This document shows positions 28,707-37,816 of a stretch of 64,000 nt of DNA, one piece after another. This DNA is from a virus (taxonomy: Duplodnaviria > Caudoviricetes). The notes beneath the pieces are model-generated. The model searched no databases. It was not told where the DNA came from and saw only the letters and a program-made list of their open reading frames with translations. The DNA is taken from IMG/VR virus record IMGVR_UViG_3300007512_001664, positions 128,001 to 192,000 of that record; one strand, written 5' to 3'. Both the position numbers and the translations under genes were made by a program. Numbering within the stretch: position 1 is the first letter of the stretch; the number at the start of each line of letters is the position of its first letter.

Positions 28707-29749
28707 ACAAATTGATTATACAAATGTACGGTTCTTCTTATTACTTCTTCCTTGCTGTCTATGTCTAAGGATTCAATATATTCTATAATACATTGCTTAA
28801 TATTCAAGTCTCCTATCTCATTCGTTATTGCGATATTATCCCCGATACTAAATTTATGTAAATAATCTGTTACTAATGAGAACGGTGCTTCAAAATTTAT
28901 AGCTGCTATTATTTTATCGAGTATGTTTGTCTTTATATCCTTATCAATAACAATTTTTATGGCTAACTTTGACCAACCGACCTCTTTTGCGATTGTTTTT
29001 AGTTTTTCGAGCTCACTTAAGTTTACTTTTACGTGAATAGGTGATATTTTATTTTCAATAAAAGTATATTCTATGCTTTGTCCACTAAGATCAAGAATAT
29101 AAAAGCCTTTCTGGTCTTGTATATCATTAAAATCCATTTCAAACGGATTTCCTGCATAAATTATCTCTCCGTTTGAATATTTTCGACGCTGACGTTTGTG
29201 AAAGTGACCAGATATTATAAGGTTGGATCTTGTTAGTAAGTCACACGATTGAACGCCTGATTCACATACTTTAAAGCTATTAAAATTAAAATTTTCAATT
29301 TCAAAGTGCCCGATTATTAAATCAGAGTCTGAGATCTCACTTACACTGGTTCCCCACGGGCAAAAGCAAATATTAAACCCGAACATATTTTGCACGCTTG
29401 GTTCATTAATAATATGAATATTGTTCCTGTTACTTAAAATAGATAGTGAATGTACGTTAGAGTTATCTTTGTAATATGCGTCATGATTCCCGGGGATCAT
29501 GAATATTTCAAAATCATTAAATAAATCTAGTAAATTATTTGCAAAGTGCAAAGATTTAACGTTTATTTCATCTCTATAGTGAAAAAAATCCCCGCCAAAT
29601 ATTATTTTAGTGATTTTCTCCTTTTTTAACTCCGATGTAAACCATTTCGCCCACTCAAACGCCACATCATGCCATTTTTCACTGTTTTGATGTATACCGA
29701 TATGTAAATCGGAGAAGAAACCGATTTTTTTATTGTTTTCGGTTACCAT
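28703..29749 (-). CDS. 47: Mre11-like nuclease (gp47)
   Basis: SDLHIG, GGDFF, PGNHD, GHF, SGHFH. Confidence 0.94.
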   Translation of the reverse strand: MVTENNKKIGFFSDLHIGIHQNSEKWHDVAFEWAKWFTSELKKEKITKIIFGGDFFHYRDEINVKSLHFANNLLDLFNDFEIFMIPGNHDAYYKDNSNVHSLSILSNRNNIHIINEPSVQNMFGFNICFCPWGTSVSEISDSDLIIGHFEIENFNFNSFKVCESGVQSCDLLTRSNLIISGHFHKRQRRKYSNGEIIYAGNPFEMDFNDIQDQKGFYILDLSGQSIEYTFIENKISPIHVKVNLSELEKLKTIAKEVGWSKLAIKIVIDKDIKTNILDKIIAAINFEAPFSLVTDYLHKFSIGDNIAITNEIGDLNIKQCIIEYIESLDIDSKEEVIRRTVHLYNQFV

Positions 29750-30189
29750 TATGTGTATAATTCTCGATCGTAATCTTTAACTGGTTGTTTATTAAAAATT
29801 TTTTCTTCATTAGCTAAAGATCCATATACTTGCTCTTGATAATCATTAATTGTTTCTCTATATTTTTTTTCCTTCTTTATTCTATTAATAAATGCGTGAT
29901 ATGCAATAGTAGTAAAATATGAAAACGGATTTGACTCAGAATCAAGATTAAATTTTTTATTTTTTACAGCAGCTATCATTTTTACAACAGCATCACCTAT
30001 CATTTCGTCTTTATAACTATAGTTTATAAAGTTCGGAGAATAACTTAAACCGACAGCGATTTTATAAACTGACTCAGCTAGTTCGTCGATTAAATCATCC
30101 GTGCTATAATATTCTGTTAGTTGTTGTAAAAATTGTTTTGGATTAACGTAATATGTTTTTTTATTTGGTTTCTTTGTCTTTGGTTTCAT
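29749..30189 (-). CDS. 55: Late transcription sigma factor (gp55)
   Basis: YYVN, PNFINYSYKDEMIGDA, NPFSYFTTIAYHAFINRIKKEKK. Confidence 0.92.
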   Translation of the reverse strand: MKPKTKKPNKKTYYVNPKQFLQQLTEYYSTDDLIDELAESVYKIAVGLSYSPNFINYSYKDEMIGDAVVKMIAAVKNKKFNLDSESNPFSYFTTIAYHAFINRIKKEKKYRETINDYQEQVYGSLANEEKIFNKQPVKDYDRELYT

Positions 30190-31612
30190 GATACTGGGTA
30201 AATTTATATTTTATATGTTCGCTGTCATACAATGATAACCGTTGCTCTACATGACGTTGACCGTAACGTAGATTATCAGCGATATCAAAGATTATAAGCT
30301 CTTTCTTATCATTATGCAAGCGCAGGCCTCGACCTATACTTTGTATAATTTTTATCTTTGCTTTTCCACCGCTAGCAAACACTAAATAATGTAAATTTTT
30401 AATATTAATACCTGTAGAAAATATTTTTGATATAGCGACGATTATTATATCTTTTTGGCGCTCCATTAATTCTTGTATTTTTTTACGCTCTTTTACTTCC
30501 ACGTCTCCCCTAATAAAATATATTTGTTTATTTTTACAAATATCTGTTAAGGTATTAAGCAATAACTCACCATGTTCTATATAATCGATTAGAATTAATG
30601 CATTATTATCTAATTTATCTGCTAATTTAGCTAATAAATTATTTCTAAAAGAATTCCTTCTTATAAATTCACTCTCTTGTAAATAATACGCATTGGAATT
30701 ATTTCCTTGATAGATTTCAGTCGAGGGAGTGTTGTAAGTTAATTCTAAGACATGTACCTTTGCTGGTACAACATAATTTTCATCTCTTAATTCATGAGCT
30801 TTCTTTTCGAATAATTGCGGTCCTATCTTTCCTAGAATATTCCATTTGTCGAGTAGATCATCTGGTAACGTTCCTGTGAAACCGAAGCGGTGAGGAGTAG
30901 TAATTTTTTTAAGAATATTATTTATTTTATTACCTCTCCTTACTTTATGTACTTCATCTACAATTAAAAAATCAATATGCTCTATCCATGAAATATCTTG
31001 CTTCGAACTTTGTAGTATGCCTAGATTAGCTATAATAATATTGCGAGACAATATTAATTCATCTTTACCTGTATATTTGGTAGTCGAAAAGGATACTCCA
31101 TATTCTTCGAAATCAGAAGTTGTTTGATTTACTAATCCTAAATCAGGTACAATAATTAACCCTTTAAAATTTTTACTGTAATTTTGATAATAAAATTCTA
31201 ATAGCCCTGCCATGGTTAAAGTCTTACCTCCTGCAGTAGCTAATATTATTGTACCACGTCCTTGATTAATACATTTAGTAATTATATCCTGTTGATAATC
31301 TCTAAATTTTAAATTTAAATCATAGTCGATAATATTATCTTTACGTAATGTCGGTATAAGTGAATTTTTTATATCTTTAGAAAAATTAATTTTTATATCT
31401 TTTGTTTTGCAGAGTTTTGCAATTTCAACCAAAAGACCAACATCGGTTTTTCCTTGTTGAGTAATTACATAAGTTCGTGGAGGTACAAACCTTCCAAATC
31501 TTCTTTGAAAATGCGCATTTTCATTTTTTACACTAAAATGCTCTCTAATAATATCTAACTCAGGTCCCTTTAATACAGCTTGAGAGTTTGAATTTAATGT
31601 TATATCAATCAT
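30161..31612 (-). CDS. uvsW: UvsW SF2 helicase
   Basis: RDYQ, ATAGGKT, IIVP..GL..Q, DEVH, GFTGT, FSTGINI, QSIGRGLR. Confidence 0.94.
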   Translation of the reverse strand: MIDITLNSNSQAVLKGPELDIIREHFSVKNENAHFQRRFGRFVPPRTYVITQQGKTDVGLLVEIAKLCKTKDIKINFSKDIKNSLIPTLRKDNIIDYDLNLKFRDYQQDIITKCINQGRGTIILATAGGKTLTMAGLLEFYYQNYSKNFKGLIIVPDLGLVNQTTSDFEEYGVSFSTTKYTGKDELILSRNIIIANLGILQSSKQDISWIEHIDFLIVDEVHKVRRGNKINNILKKITTPHRFGFTGTLPDDLLDKWNILGKIGPQLFEKKAHELRDENYVVPAKVHVLELTYNTPSTEIYQGNNSNAYYLQESEFIRRNSFRNNLLAKLADKLDNNALILIDYIEHGELLLNTLTDICKNKQIYFIRGDVEVKERKKIQELMERQKDIIIVAISKIFSTGINIKNLHYLVFASGGKAKIKIIQSIGRGLRLHNDKKELIIFDIADNLRYGQRHVEQRLSLYDSEHIKYKFTQYHETKDKETK

Positions 31613-32013
31613 TGAGTTTCGAGTTTCATTAACTCTACTAAATTTTTTATATCATTTGTTGCGAAGCTTATGTTTTTATATATATTTTCTAAAAAACTAA
31701 TAATCAGAATTTCATTTTCAATTTTCCGATCTATACTTTTAATTTCTTTTTTATTCTCAACGGCTTTTTGAGCAATTGATTTATTCACCCGTACGGGTTC
31801 TTTATCTTGATAATCAGTTATATATTTTTCTAGGAGAGTAGATCGCTCAGATTTAAAATTATTTAATTTAATTTTATGATTAATTAATCTAGCCGACCAC
31901 TTATGCTTATTAGCAACTAGCTGTTCTTGCGTAGATGTAACTTCTAATCGATCTAAATTTGTATCTATACTTGCTTCTTTAAGATACTGATTGATAATAT
32001 CACCAATCTCCAT
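31609..32013 (-). CDS. uvsY: UvsY-like recombination mediator
   Basis: 134-aa helical protein ATGA-coupled to uvsW, as in T4-like genomes. Confidence 0.7.
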   Translation of the reverse strand: MEIGDIINQYLKEASIDTNLDRLEVTSTQEQLVANKHKWSARLINHKIKLNNFKSERSTLLEKYITDYQDKEPVRVNKSIAQKAVENKKEIKSIDRKIENEILIISFLENIYKNISFATNDIKNLVELMKLETQ

Positions 32014-32019
32014 TTATTT

Positions 32020-32046
32020 ATTATACCGTTTTTTAAAAAAAGTCAA
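32020..32046 (-). promoter_or_regulatory. Sigma70-like promoter TTGACT-15-TATAAT
   Basis: -10 element 6 nt before ATG 32013; the spacer is short. Confidence 0.5.
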
Positions 32047-32077
32047 CTTATTAACCGTTATGCGATAAATACTTAAT

Positions 32078-32305
32078 ATGCCTCTTAAGTTATTCGATCA
32101 AGCAGTTACACACTATCTAACTGATAATACCGTTGCGTCTGCTAATATAGGTCCAACAGGAGCGCAAGGCGCAGGAGATTTTACTACTGCGGATTCATAT
32201 GCACCTGGTGATGCAAGAATGCCTAAGATATTAGGTGATACTATTACACGTAAAGGTAAAGCAAAAAAGAAGCGCAAAAAGAAAAAAGTTGCAAGTTCTA
32301 GCTAA
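32078..32305 (+). CDS. Small late protein with basic C-terminus
   Basis: TAAATA at 32066-32071; ends RKGKAKKKRKKKK. Confidence 0.7.
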   Translation: MPLKLFDQAVTHYLTDNTVASANIGPTGAQGAGDFTTADSYAPGDARMPKILGDTITRKGKAKKKRKKKKVASSS

Positions 32306-32322
32306 AGAATAAGTAACTATAT

Positions 32323-32826
32323 ATGCCTAGCGCAGCCAAACAGAAGGGTAACGCATGGGAGAGAGAAGTTGCTAAGGATTTAAGTGAAGTTTTTAATGAA
32401 AATTTTATTAGAGTTCCAAATTCCGGAGCCTATACTGGAGGCGCTAATTTTCACCGACTTGATCAATTAACCGAAGACCAAAAACGTATGATGGATGGAG
32501 ATATAATGGTACCTCCGTGCATGTCTAAATTTAAATTAGAATGTAAGAATTATAAAACGTTTGAATATCATAGGTTATTTACTGAAAATAAAACATTAGA
32601 TAAATGGATTAAACAAGCAGAGAGTGGTAGATTATGGTTTTTAATAATTAAAGTAACTAGAAAAGGTAGTTATTTATTATTCCATAAAGATATATCTCAT
32701 TATTTCCGTTTTGAAAATTACTTGCGTTATACAAAGAATTATATTATAATTAAGTATGATAATTTTTGGAAGAGTAATGTAGATGCAATTAGAAAACTTA
32801 ACGAAAATCCACCACCAGAGCTATAA
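32323..32826 (+). CDS. Holliday-junction resolvase-like PD-(D/E)xK nuclease
   Basis: KQKGNAWEREVAK, SGA..G, GDI, LECKNY. Confidence 0.78.
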   Translation: MPSAAKQKGNAWEREVAKDLSEVFNENFIRVPNSGAYTGGANFHRLDQLTEDQKRMMDGDIMVPPCMSKFKLECKNYKTFEYHRLFTENKTLDKWIKQAESGRLWFLIIKVTRKGSYLLFHKDISHYFRFENYLRYTKNYIIIKYDNFWKSNVDAIRKLNENPPPEL

Positions 32827-33325
32827 GTTACCTAATTCTTTTTTCAATATTGTTAATTTTACTCCGGTTATAGAATATATTCATAATTCATCGATTGATA
32901 AGATATCTGAATTTGATAGTGAGTTAAAGTTTAATAACAAACAGCATAAAAAATATATATTTCATTATTTTATACATTATACTTGTGAAGTATTAAAAAT
33001 TTGTAATAATAAGAAAAAACCGGTAATATATTTTGACGTCACTAACGCGCTTAATAAAGAGTATATTCCCTTTTTAAACGTTTTTGCGAAGAAATTTCCA
33101 GTTATTATAATACGTGAACCATTATCCTTTAAAGAATTTAAGAAAACACTTAAATGTGATGGTGTTTCAATAGAGTTAATTATATTGTTAATGAGAAAAC
33201 TTAAAAAGATACAAATCGGTAAGTTTTATTTTAGTAAATTACAATACTTTTGTAAGCGTTATGAGTTAACCTTTTTAGATAAAACATATTTCAATGATAT
33301 AAGAAATAAGCTTTCGCTGCTATAA
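32783..33325 (+). CDS. Hypothetical protein
   Basis: 180-aa ORF filling the gap. Confidence 0.65.
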   Translation: MQLENLTKIHHQSYKLPNSFFNIVNFTPVIEYIHNSSIDKISEFDSELKFNNKQHKKYIFHYFIHYTCEVLKICNNKKKPVIYFDVTNALNKEYIPFLNVFAKKFPVIIIREPLSFKEFKKTLKCDGVSIELIILLMRKLKKIQIGKFYFSKLQYFCKRYELTFLDKTYFNDIRNKLSLL

Positions 33326-33328
33326 ATA
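33321..33328 (+). promoter_or_regulatory. Late promoter TATAAATA
   Basis: Perfect T4 consensus 6 nt before ATG 33335. Confidence 0.7.
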
Positions 33329-33334
33329 ATTAAG

Positions 33335-34501
33335 ATGAGTAAGTTTCTTAAAAAAATCGCTGAATTGACAACAGGTCATGATGATACGCACTCTACTGAG
33401 ACTCAAACCCTTGCTAACCTAAGAAAAAAGCAGAAGGAGACGCCTAATGATCTTACTGATGATGAAAAGCGAGCATTAAAAGATGATGATGAAAGAACTA
33501 AAAAGCTCCAAACCAAGGTTCAACGGGATATACAGGCCTTAAATTCTTCAACAGAAGTAATTAACTCAATGCTCATCGAGGCTCCAGGAGATGAATTTGT
33601 TCCTAGACAAGGACCACCTGTTGGTGGTGAATTTGAACCAGCTATTCCGCCTCCTGGAGTTGGAGCTCCACCGTTACCGGATCCTGTTCAAGAGCCAGCT
33701 GAACCGTTAACGACAGAAGGAGAAACATTTTTAGTAAATCTTGCTCGTAAAGCATTACATATTAACTTAGATGATGTATTACTATCAGACGCTGATAGAG
33801 AACTTATTAATAAAGATGCTGAACCAGAAACTGCTAAAAAGGTAGCTAAAATTGTACACAAGATACTAGTCGATCAAGGATATACTGAAAGTTTTGTTAA
33901 TAAAGCAGACATGGTCCTCGAGGATCTATTAAAAAAAAACGATAAAGTAGTTGTTCTTGTTCCTGGTAGCTTTAAACCACCTCATAAAGGTCATTATGAA
34001 ATGGTCGAACATTATAGCCGAGCCTATCCTGATGGTCATGTACATGTTTTAATTTCTGCACCGTCTGCTAAGAGTGAGAGAAGAACTAAAGACGGTAAAG
34101 TAATTACTCCATCTGCTGCTGCGCAGATTTTTGAACTATACGTTCAACCTCTTAATAATGTAACAGTAAGTATTTCTGAATATCCGTCCCCAGTTACGGC
34201 AGCGTATGAATCTCTTAAGACGTTAGATACTGGAACAACGGTAGTTTTAGGAGCTAGTACAAAAGATAATGATTGGAAGCGCTGGTCATATGCACGTCCA
34301 TGGGCCGAGAAAGAAGGATTAGGTTTAAATATCCTCGACCCGGAACAGACTGCAGTTAATGTTAGTACAAATCCATCAGGCCGTCCTTATAGCGCTAGTA
34401 ATATTAGAGATAATTTTGACGATTTTGAAAAAATAAGGACTGACATACCGGAGCATGTCAATCCTGAGGAGGTTAAGCAAGTTTTTGATTCTCTTCAGTA
34501 A
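33335..34501 (+). CDS. Unknown N-terminal domain fused to a cytidylyltransferase-like (HxGH) domain
   Basis: PGSFKPPHKGH and SASNIR motifs in the C-terminal half; Pro-rich linker. Confidence 0.78.
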   Translation: MSKFLKKIAELTTGHDDTHSTETQTLANLRKKQKETPNDLTDDEKRALKDDDERTKKLQTKVQRDIQALNSSTEVINSMLIEAPGDEFVPRQGPPVGGEFEPAIPPPGVGAPPLPDPVQEPAEPLTTEGETFLVNLARKALHINLDDVLLSDADRELINKDAEPETAKKVAKIVHKILVDQGYTESFVNKADMVLEDLLKKNDKVVVLVPGSFKPPHKGHYEMVEHYSRAYPDGHVHVLISAPSAKSERRTKDGKVITPSAAAQIFELYVQPLNNVTVSISEYPSPVTAAYESLKTLDTGTTVVLGASTKDNDWKRWSYARPWAEKEGLGLNILDPEQTAVNVSTNPSGRPYSASNIRDNFDDFEKIRTDIPEHVNPEEVKQVFDSLQ

Positions 34502-35140
34502 TTATTTTAAATCTCTGACAAAATCATAGAACTCTTGACGAGTTAAATCTGTTTTATCTAAAAACGCTCCTGACATTCTAGCAGTTTTCATAATACTATC
34601 ATGCTTTACTCCACGAAGACCAGCACAAGTATGATTAGCTGATACTAAAACAGCAACCCCTTTATTATCTTTACATACTTCATTCATATAATTATGAATT
34701 TGCATAGTTAAGTTTTCTTGTACTTGTGGTCTTCTTGAAAACCATTCAACAATTCGGTTAATTTTACTTAAACCAATCACCTTACCATCTTTACCTGGTA
34801 TATAAGATACATGAGCTTGACCGATAAACGGTAAATGGTGGTGAGAACAAAAAGAATTAACTTTAATATTACCTTGAAATACTAATCCATCATATTTATC
34901 AACATTATCAAATGCTGTGATTTTAGGAGGTTCATTATAACAACCCTCAGCTAATTCATTAACAAACGCTTTTGCTACTCGTCTCGGTGTGTCTGCGCTG
35001 TTTGGATCATTTCTCCAGTCGAAACCTAAGGCATCCATATAACACTCATAAGCAGCAGAGGCCTTTTCAATAATTAATTCTTTTTCTTGTTCAGTTCTGG
35101 GCTTGTTACCATTAGCGTATTGAAGTAAATCCTCATTCAT
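34502..35140 (-). CDS. folE: GTP cyclohydrolase I
   Basis: DTPRRVAK, SFCSHHHLPF, GLSK..R, RPQVQE, HTC...RG; likely start is ATG 35140 (MNEDLL). Confidence 0.95.
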   Translation of the reverse strand: MNEDLLQYANGNKPRTEQEKELIIEKASAAYECYMDALGFDWRNDPNSADTPRRVAKAFVNELAEGCYNEPPKITAFDNVDKYDGLVFQGNIKVNSFCSHHHLPFIGQAHVSYIPGKDGKVIGLSKINRIVEWFSRRPQVQENLTMQIHNYMNEVCKDNKGVAVLVSANHTCAGLRGVKHDSIMKTARMSGAFLDKTDLTRQEFYDFVRDLK

Positions 35141-35147
35141 ATGAATC

Positions 35148-35182
35148 ATTATAGTGTATTCGATTTATAAATCAACTAAATA
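35148..35182. promoter_or_regulatory. Divergent control region: sigma70-like TTGATT-16-TATAAT (minus, folE) and TAAATA (plus)
   Basis: -10 at 35148-35153, -35 at 35170-35175; TAAATA at 35177-35182 is 5 nt before ATG 35188. Confidence 0.6.
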
Positions 35183-35187
35183 ATTAC

Positions 35188-35361
35188 ATGAAATCTATTT
35201 TATTATGCGGAGGAAAAGCATGCTGTCCGACGTTATCCTTATATGAAGACAAAAAAACAGTCCAAATTACGGATGATGATAATAATACTATTAAGATGGA
35301 TGTATCTCAAGCTAAATTAATTGATAAAGCCTTAAGGGACCTCTTAAAGGAGGATCAATAA
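35188..35361 (+). CDS. Small Cys-motif protein (57 aa), not in the ORF track
   Basis: MKSILLCGGKACCPTLSLYEDKK...LKEDQ*. Confidence 0.7.
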   Translation: MKSILLCGGKACCPTLSLYEDKKTVQITDDDNNTIKMDVSQAKLIDKALRDLLKEDQ

Positions 35362-35645
35362 TAATTATTATCGATATATTAGCGTGTATCGGTTTAACGT
35401 TTATTCTTAAATACGGTACTATTCTTAATTTTCCTAGAAAACTTCTTACTAGATTGTCGTTTTTACGAGAGTTGTTTAAATGTAGTTTATGTTTAGGGTT
35501 CTGGTCAGGTGTTATTGTGTATTTTGTAAGTAAAAACGATTATATTTTGTTTCCATTTGTCAGCGCTGGTGTATGTTGGATAGTCGATAATTTTAATAAT
35601 GTTTTACAATCCATAGAATTAAAACTTGATAAAGAAGAGAAATAA
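35358..35645 (+). CDS. DUF1360-like membrane protein, probable ATA start
   Basis: ELFKCSLCLGFW motif. The frame is open from 35328 with no ATG/GTG/TTG before 35454, yet encodes a TM helix (IIIIDILACIGLTFILKYG); AAGGAGG lies just upstream. Confidence 0.65.
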   Translation: MIIIIDILACIGLTFILKYGTILNFPRKLLTRLSFLRELFKCSLCLGFWSGVIVYFVSKNDYILFPFVSAGVCWIVDNFNNVLQSIELKLDKEEK

Positions 35646-35653
35646 TATATAAT
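35626..35653 (+). promoter_or_regulatory. Sigma70-like promoter TTGATA-16-TATAAT
   Basis: 7 nt before the queD ATG. Confidence 0.6.
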
Positions 35654-35660
35654 CTCATTT

Positions 35661-36146
35661 ATGAGTTTTACTAGTACAAAAATTATTGAACTCGGTAGTT
35701 GTGCTTTCCGACAACCAAAAGCAGAATCACATTGCAGATTTATACATGGATATAGATTAACTGCTAAGTTCTGGTTCGGGGCTAATCAATTAGATAAAAA
35801 TAATTGGGTAGTTGATTTCGGTAGTTTAAAGCATCTTAAAAAAGTACTACAAGGTCAATTTGATCACACTCTAGTAATTGCTGCAGATGATCCTGCGATA
35901 AGAGCCTTTAAAATGTTAAATGACGATGACATTGTGGATTTAAGAATTATGGATGGTGTTGGTATTGAGAAATTTGCTGAGTATTGTTTTAATACTGCTA
36001 ATAATTTTATTAAAGAGAGTACAGAGGGTAGGTGCTGGGTAGATAAAGTCGAAGTATTTGAACACGAAAATAATTCTGCTATTTATACAGATAAAATGGT
36101 CACAACTATGAGATTTGTTGACCACACGGATCAAGATAATGGGTAA
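35661..36146 (+). CDS. queD: 6-carboxytetrahydropterin synthase
   Basis: HCRFIHGY, VVDFGSLK, FDH, E. Confidence 0.9.
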   Translation: MSFTSTKIIELGSCAFRQPKAESHCRFIHGYRLTAKFWFGANQLDKNNWVVDFGSLKHLKKVLQGQFDHTLVIAADDPAIRAFKMLNDDDIVDLRIMDGVGIEKFAEYCFNTANNFIKESTEGRCWVDKVEVFEHENNSAIYTDKMVTTMRFVDHTDQDNG

Positions 36147-36288
36147 AGGTAGTAAGCGCCGGAAAGAGGATACCAGTAAACTTAATGATAACTGGGATGA
36201 CATAAAGTGGGATAAACCTAAGAAGAAGGAAGTAGAACCGAAGGCTCGAGACATAAAAGACTTATATTTAAATGACAAATCTTTATAA
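36139..36288 (+). CDS. Small basic protein (49 aa), not in the ORF track
   Basis: MGKGSKRRKEDTSKLNDNWDDIKWDK...; overlaps both queD and queE. Confidence 0.65.
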   Translation: MGKGSKRRKEDTSKLNDNWDDIKWDKPKKKEVEPKARDIKDLYLNDKSL

Positions 36289-37033
36289 AGAAGATCTTAG
36301 TGATAAGACAATACTGCTATCTGATGATAAAGTATTTTATACTGTAGAAGGAGAAGGAGAGTTTGTAGGATATCCTTCAGTCTTTATGCGATTATCTATG
36401 TGTAACCTTACATGTCAGGGTTTCGCTTCAGATGACTCTCCGCATGGTTGTGATAGTTATGTATCTTGGAGTGTAAAGAATAGAATTACAAATGCTGACT
36501 TATTACAACACTTAGAACAGGAAGGTTTTGAAAAGCATTTATATAACGGAGCTATATGGAAGATTACAGGCGGTGAGCCTTTAGTACAGCAGCCCGCATT
36601 GCTTAGGTTTTTAGCATATATGGAGGTAGAATGGGGTTGGGTACCTAGAATTGATTTTGAAACCAACGCTACAATTATGCCTGATAAAGAATGGATTAGA
36701 GTTGGTGCTACATTTACTACTTCTCCTAAGCTTAGTAATAACGGTGACCCAGAAAATAGGAGATATAAACCTAATGTATTAGAATGGCATGCAAACCAGG
36801 GATCTGGTTTTAAATTCGTCATAAGTAAAGAATCAGATTTAGATGAAGTAATGAAAAAGTATGTTGATAAGTTTGATATACCTACAGGTCGTGTCTGGTT
36901 AATGCCTTGCGCTGGTAGTAGAAAAGAGCATATTGAAGTTGCTCCTATGGTTGCAGAGTTAGCTAAAAAGCATCACTTTAATTTTAGTCCTAGGCTGCAT
37001 TTACTAGTATGGGATATGGCCTTAAAGGTATAA
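36272..37033 (+). CDS. queE: 7-carboxy-7-deazaguanine synthase (radical SAM)
   Basis: FYTVEGEG, FMRL..CNLTC...CDS, ITGGEP, ETN, TTSPK, SPRLH. Confidence 0.9.
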   Translation: MTNLYKEDLSDKTILLSDDKVFYTVEGEGEFVGYPSVFMRLSMCNLTCQGFASDDSPHGCDSYVSWSVKNRITNADLLQHLEQEGFEKHLYNGAIWKITGGEPLVQQPALLRFLAYMEVEWGWVPRIDFETNATIMPDKEWIRVGATFTTSPKLSNNGDPENRRYKPNVLEWHANQGSGFKFVISKESDLDEVMKKYVDKFDIPTGRVWLMPCAGSRKEHIEVAPMVAELAKKHHFNFSPRLHLLVWDMALKV

Positions 37034-37053
37034 CTAAATAAATATTAATTAAT

Positions 37054-37812
37054 ATGAGGATTGCAATTAGTGGAACCGCGTGTCAGGGTAAAACTACTTT
37101 AATTAAAGACTTCTTAGAGCAATGGCCGAGTTATACTACCCCTAAAAAGACCTATAGAGACATAATTAAAGAAAATAATCTCGAGCATTCATCAAAAACT
37201 AATAAAAAAACACAAAAGAAAATATTAGATTTTATGATTAAAGAGCAAAAAAAATATCGTAGCTCTGATAATGTAATTTTTGATAGATGTCCACTAGATA
37301 ATCTTGTATATAGCATGTGGGCAACCGAACAACCTGAGGTAGATATAGATGATGATTTTGTACAGGAATGTATTCCTCTCGTTAGAGAGAGTTTTCGTAA
37401 TTTAGATATTATATTTTTTACACCTATAACAAAAGTTGCTCCTGTTGAATTAACAGAAGACGATTTACGAGATACTGACCCTAAAGTTATAGAGGAAGTA
37501 GATAATATTTTTAAAGCTATGCACCGAGAATACATGAATAATGATTCGAGTGTGTTTTTTATTAAAGATGATAAACCTGGTATTATAGAAGTATTTGGTA
37601 ATCAGAGAGAACGTATACAAATACTTAAACTTTATATTGATGCTGAGGGAGATATACATCCGGGCGGCGATCTTATCGATGAAGATATGCTATCTGATAT
37701 GAAAGCATTAAGTGGTGTGTGGGCAGATGTAGATCCTACAGAGCATTCTCATTTACGAAAAGCATTAGAAGAGCAAATTGAGAAAGATAAGGCGGGTCGT
37801 ATGAATAAATAA
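37054..37812 (+). CDS. P-loop NMP/dNMP kinase-like (AAA_28/NadR-type) protein
   Basis: IAISGTACQGKTT, FDRCPLD; double TAAATA at 37035-37044. Confidence 0.75.
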   Translation: MRIAISGTACQGKTTLIKDFLEQWPSYTTPKKTYRDIIKENNLEHSSKTNKKTQKKILDFMIKEQKKYRSSDNVIFDRCPLDNLVYSMWATEQPEVDIDDDFVQECIPLVRESFRNLDIIFFTPITKVAPVELTEDDLRDTDPKVIEEVDNIFKAMHREYMNNDSSVFFIKDDKPGIIEVFGNQRERIQILKLYIDAEGDIHPGGDLIDEDMLSDMKALSGVWADVDPTEHSHLRKALEEQIEKDKAGRMNK

Positions 37813-37816
37813 TTAT

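Noticed and set aside
33929-33945. A AAA AAC slippery heptamer at the domain junction of the HxGH fusion; a -1 shift would stop at once (CGA TAA) and release the N-domain
   Set aside because: A-runs are frequent in this AT-rich DNA and I see no downstream stimulatory structure; not distinguishable from chance
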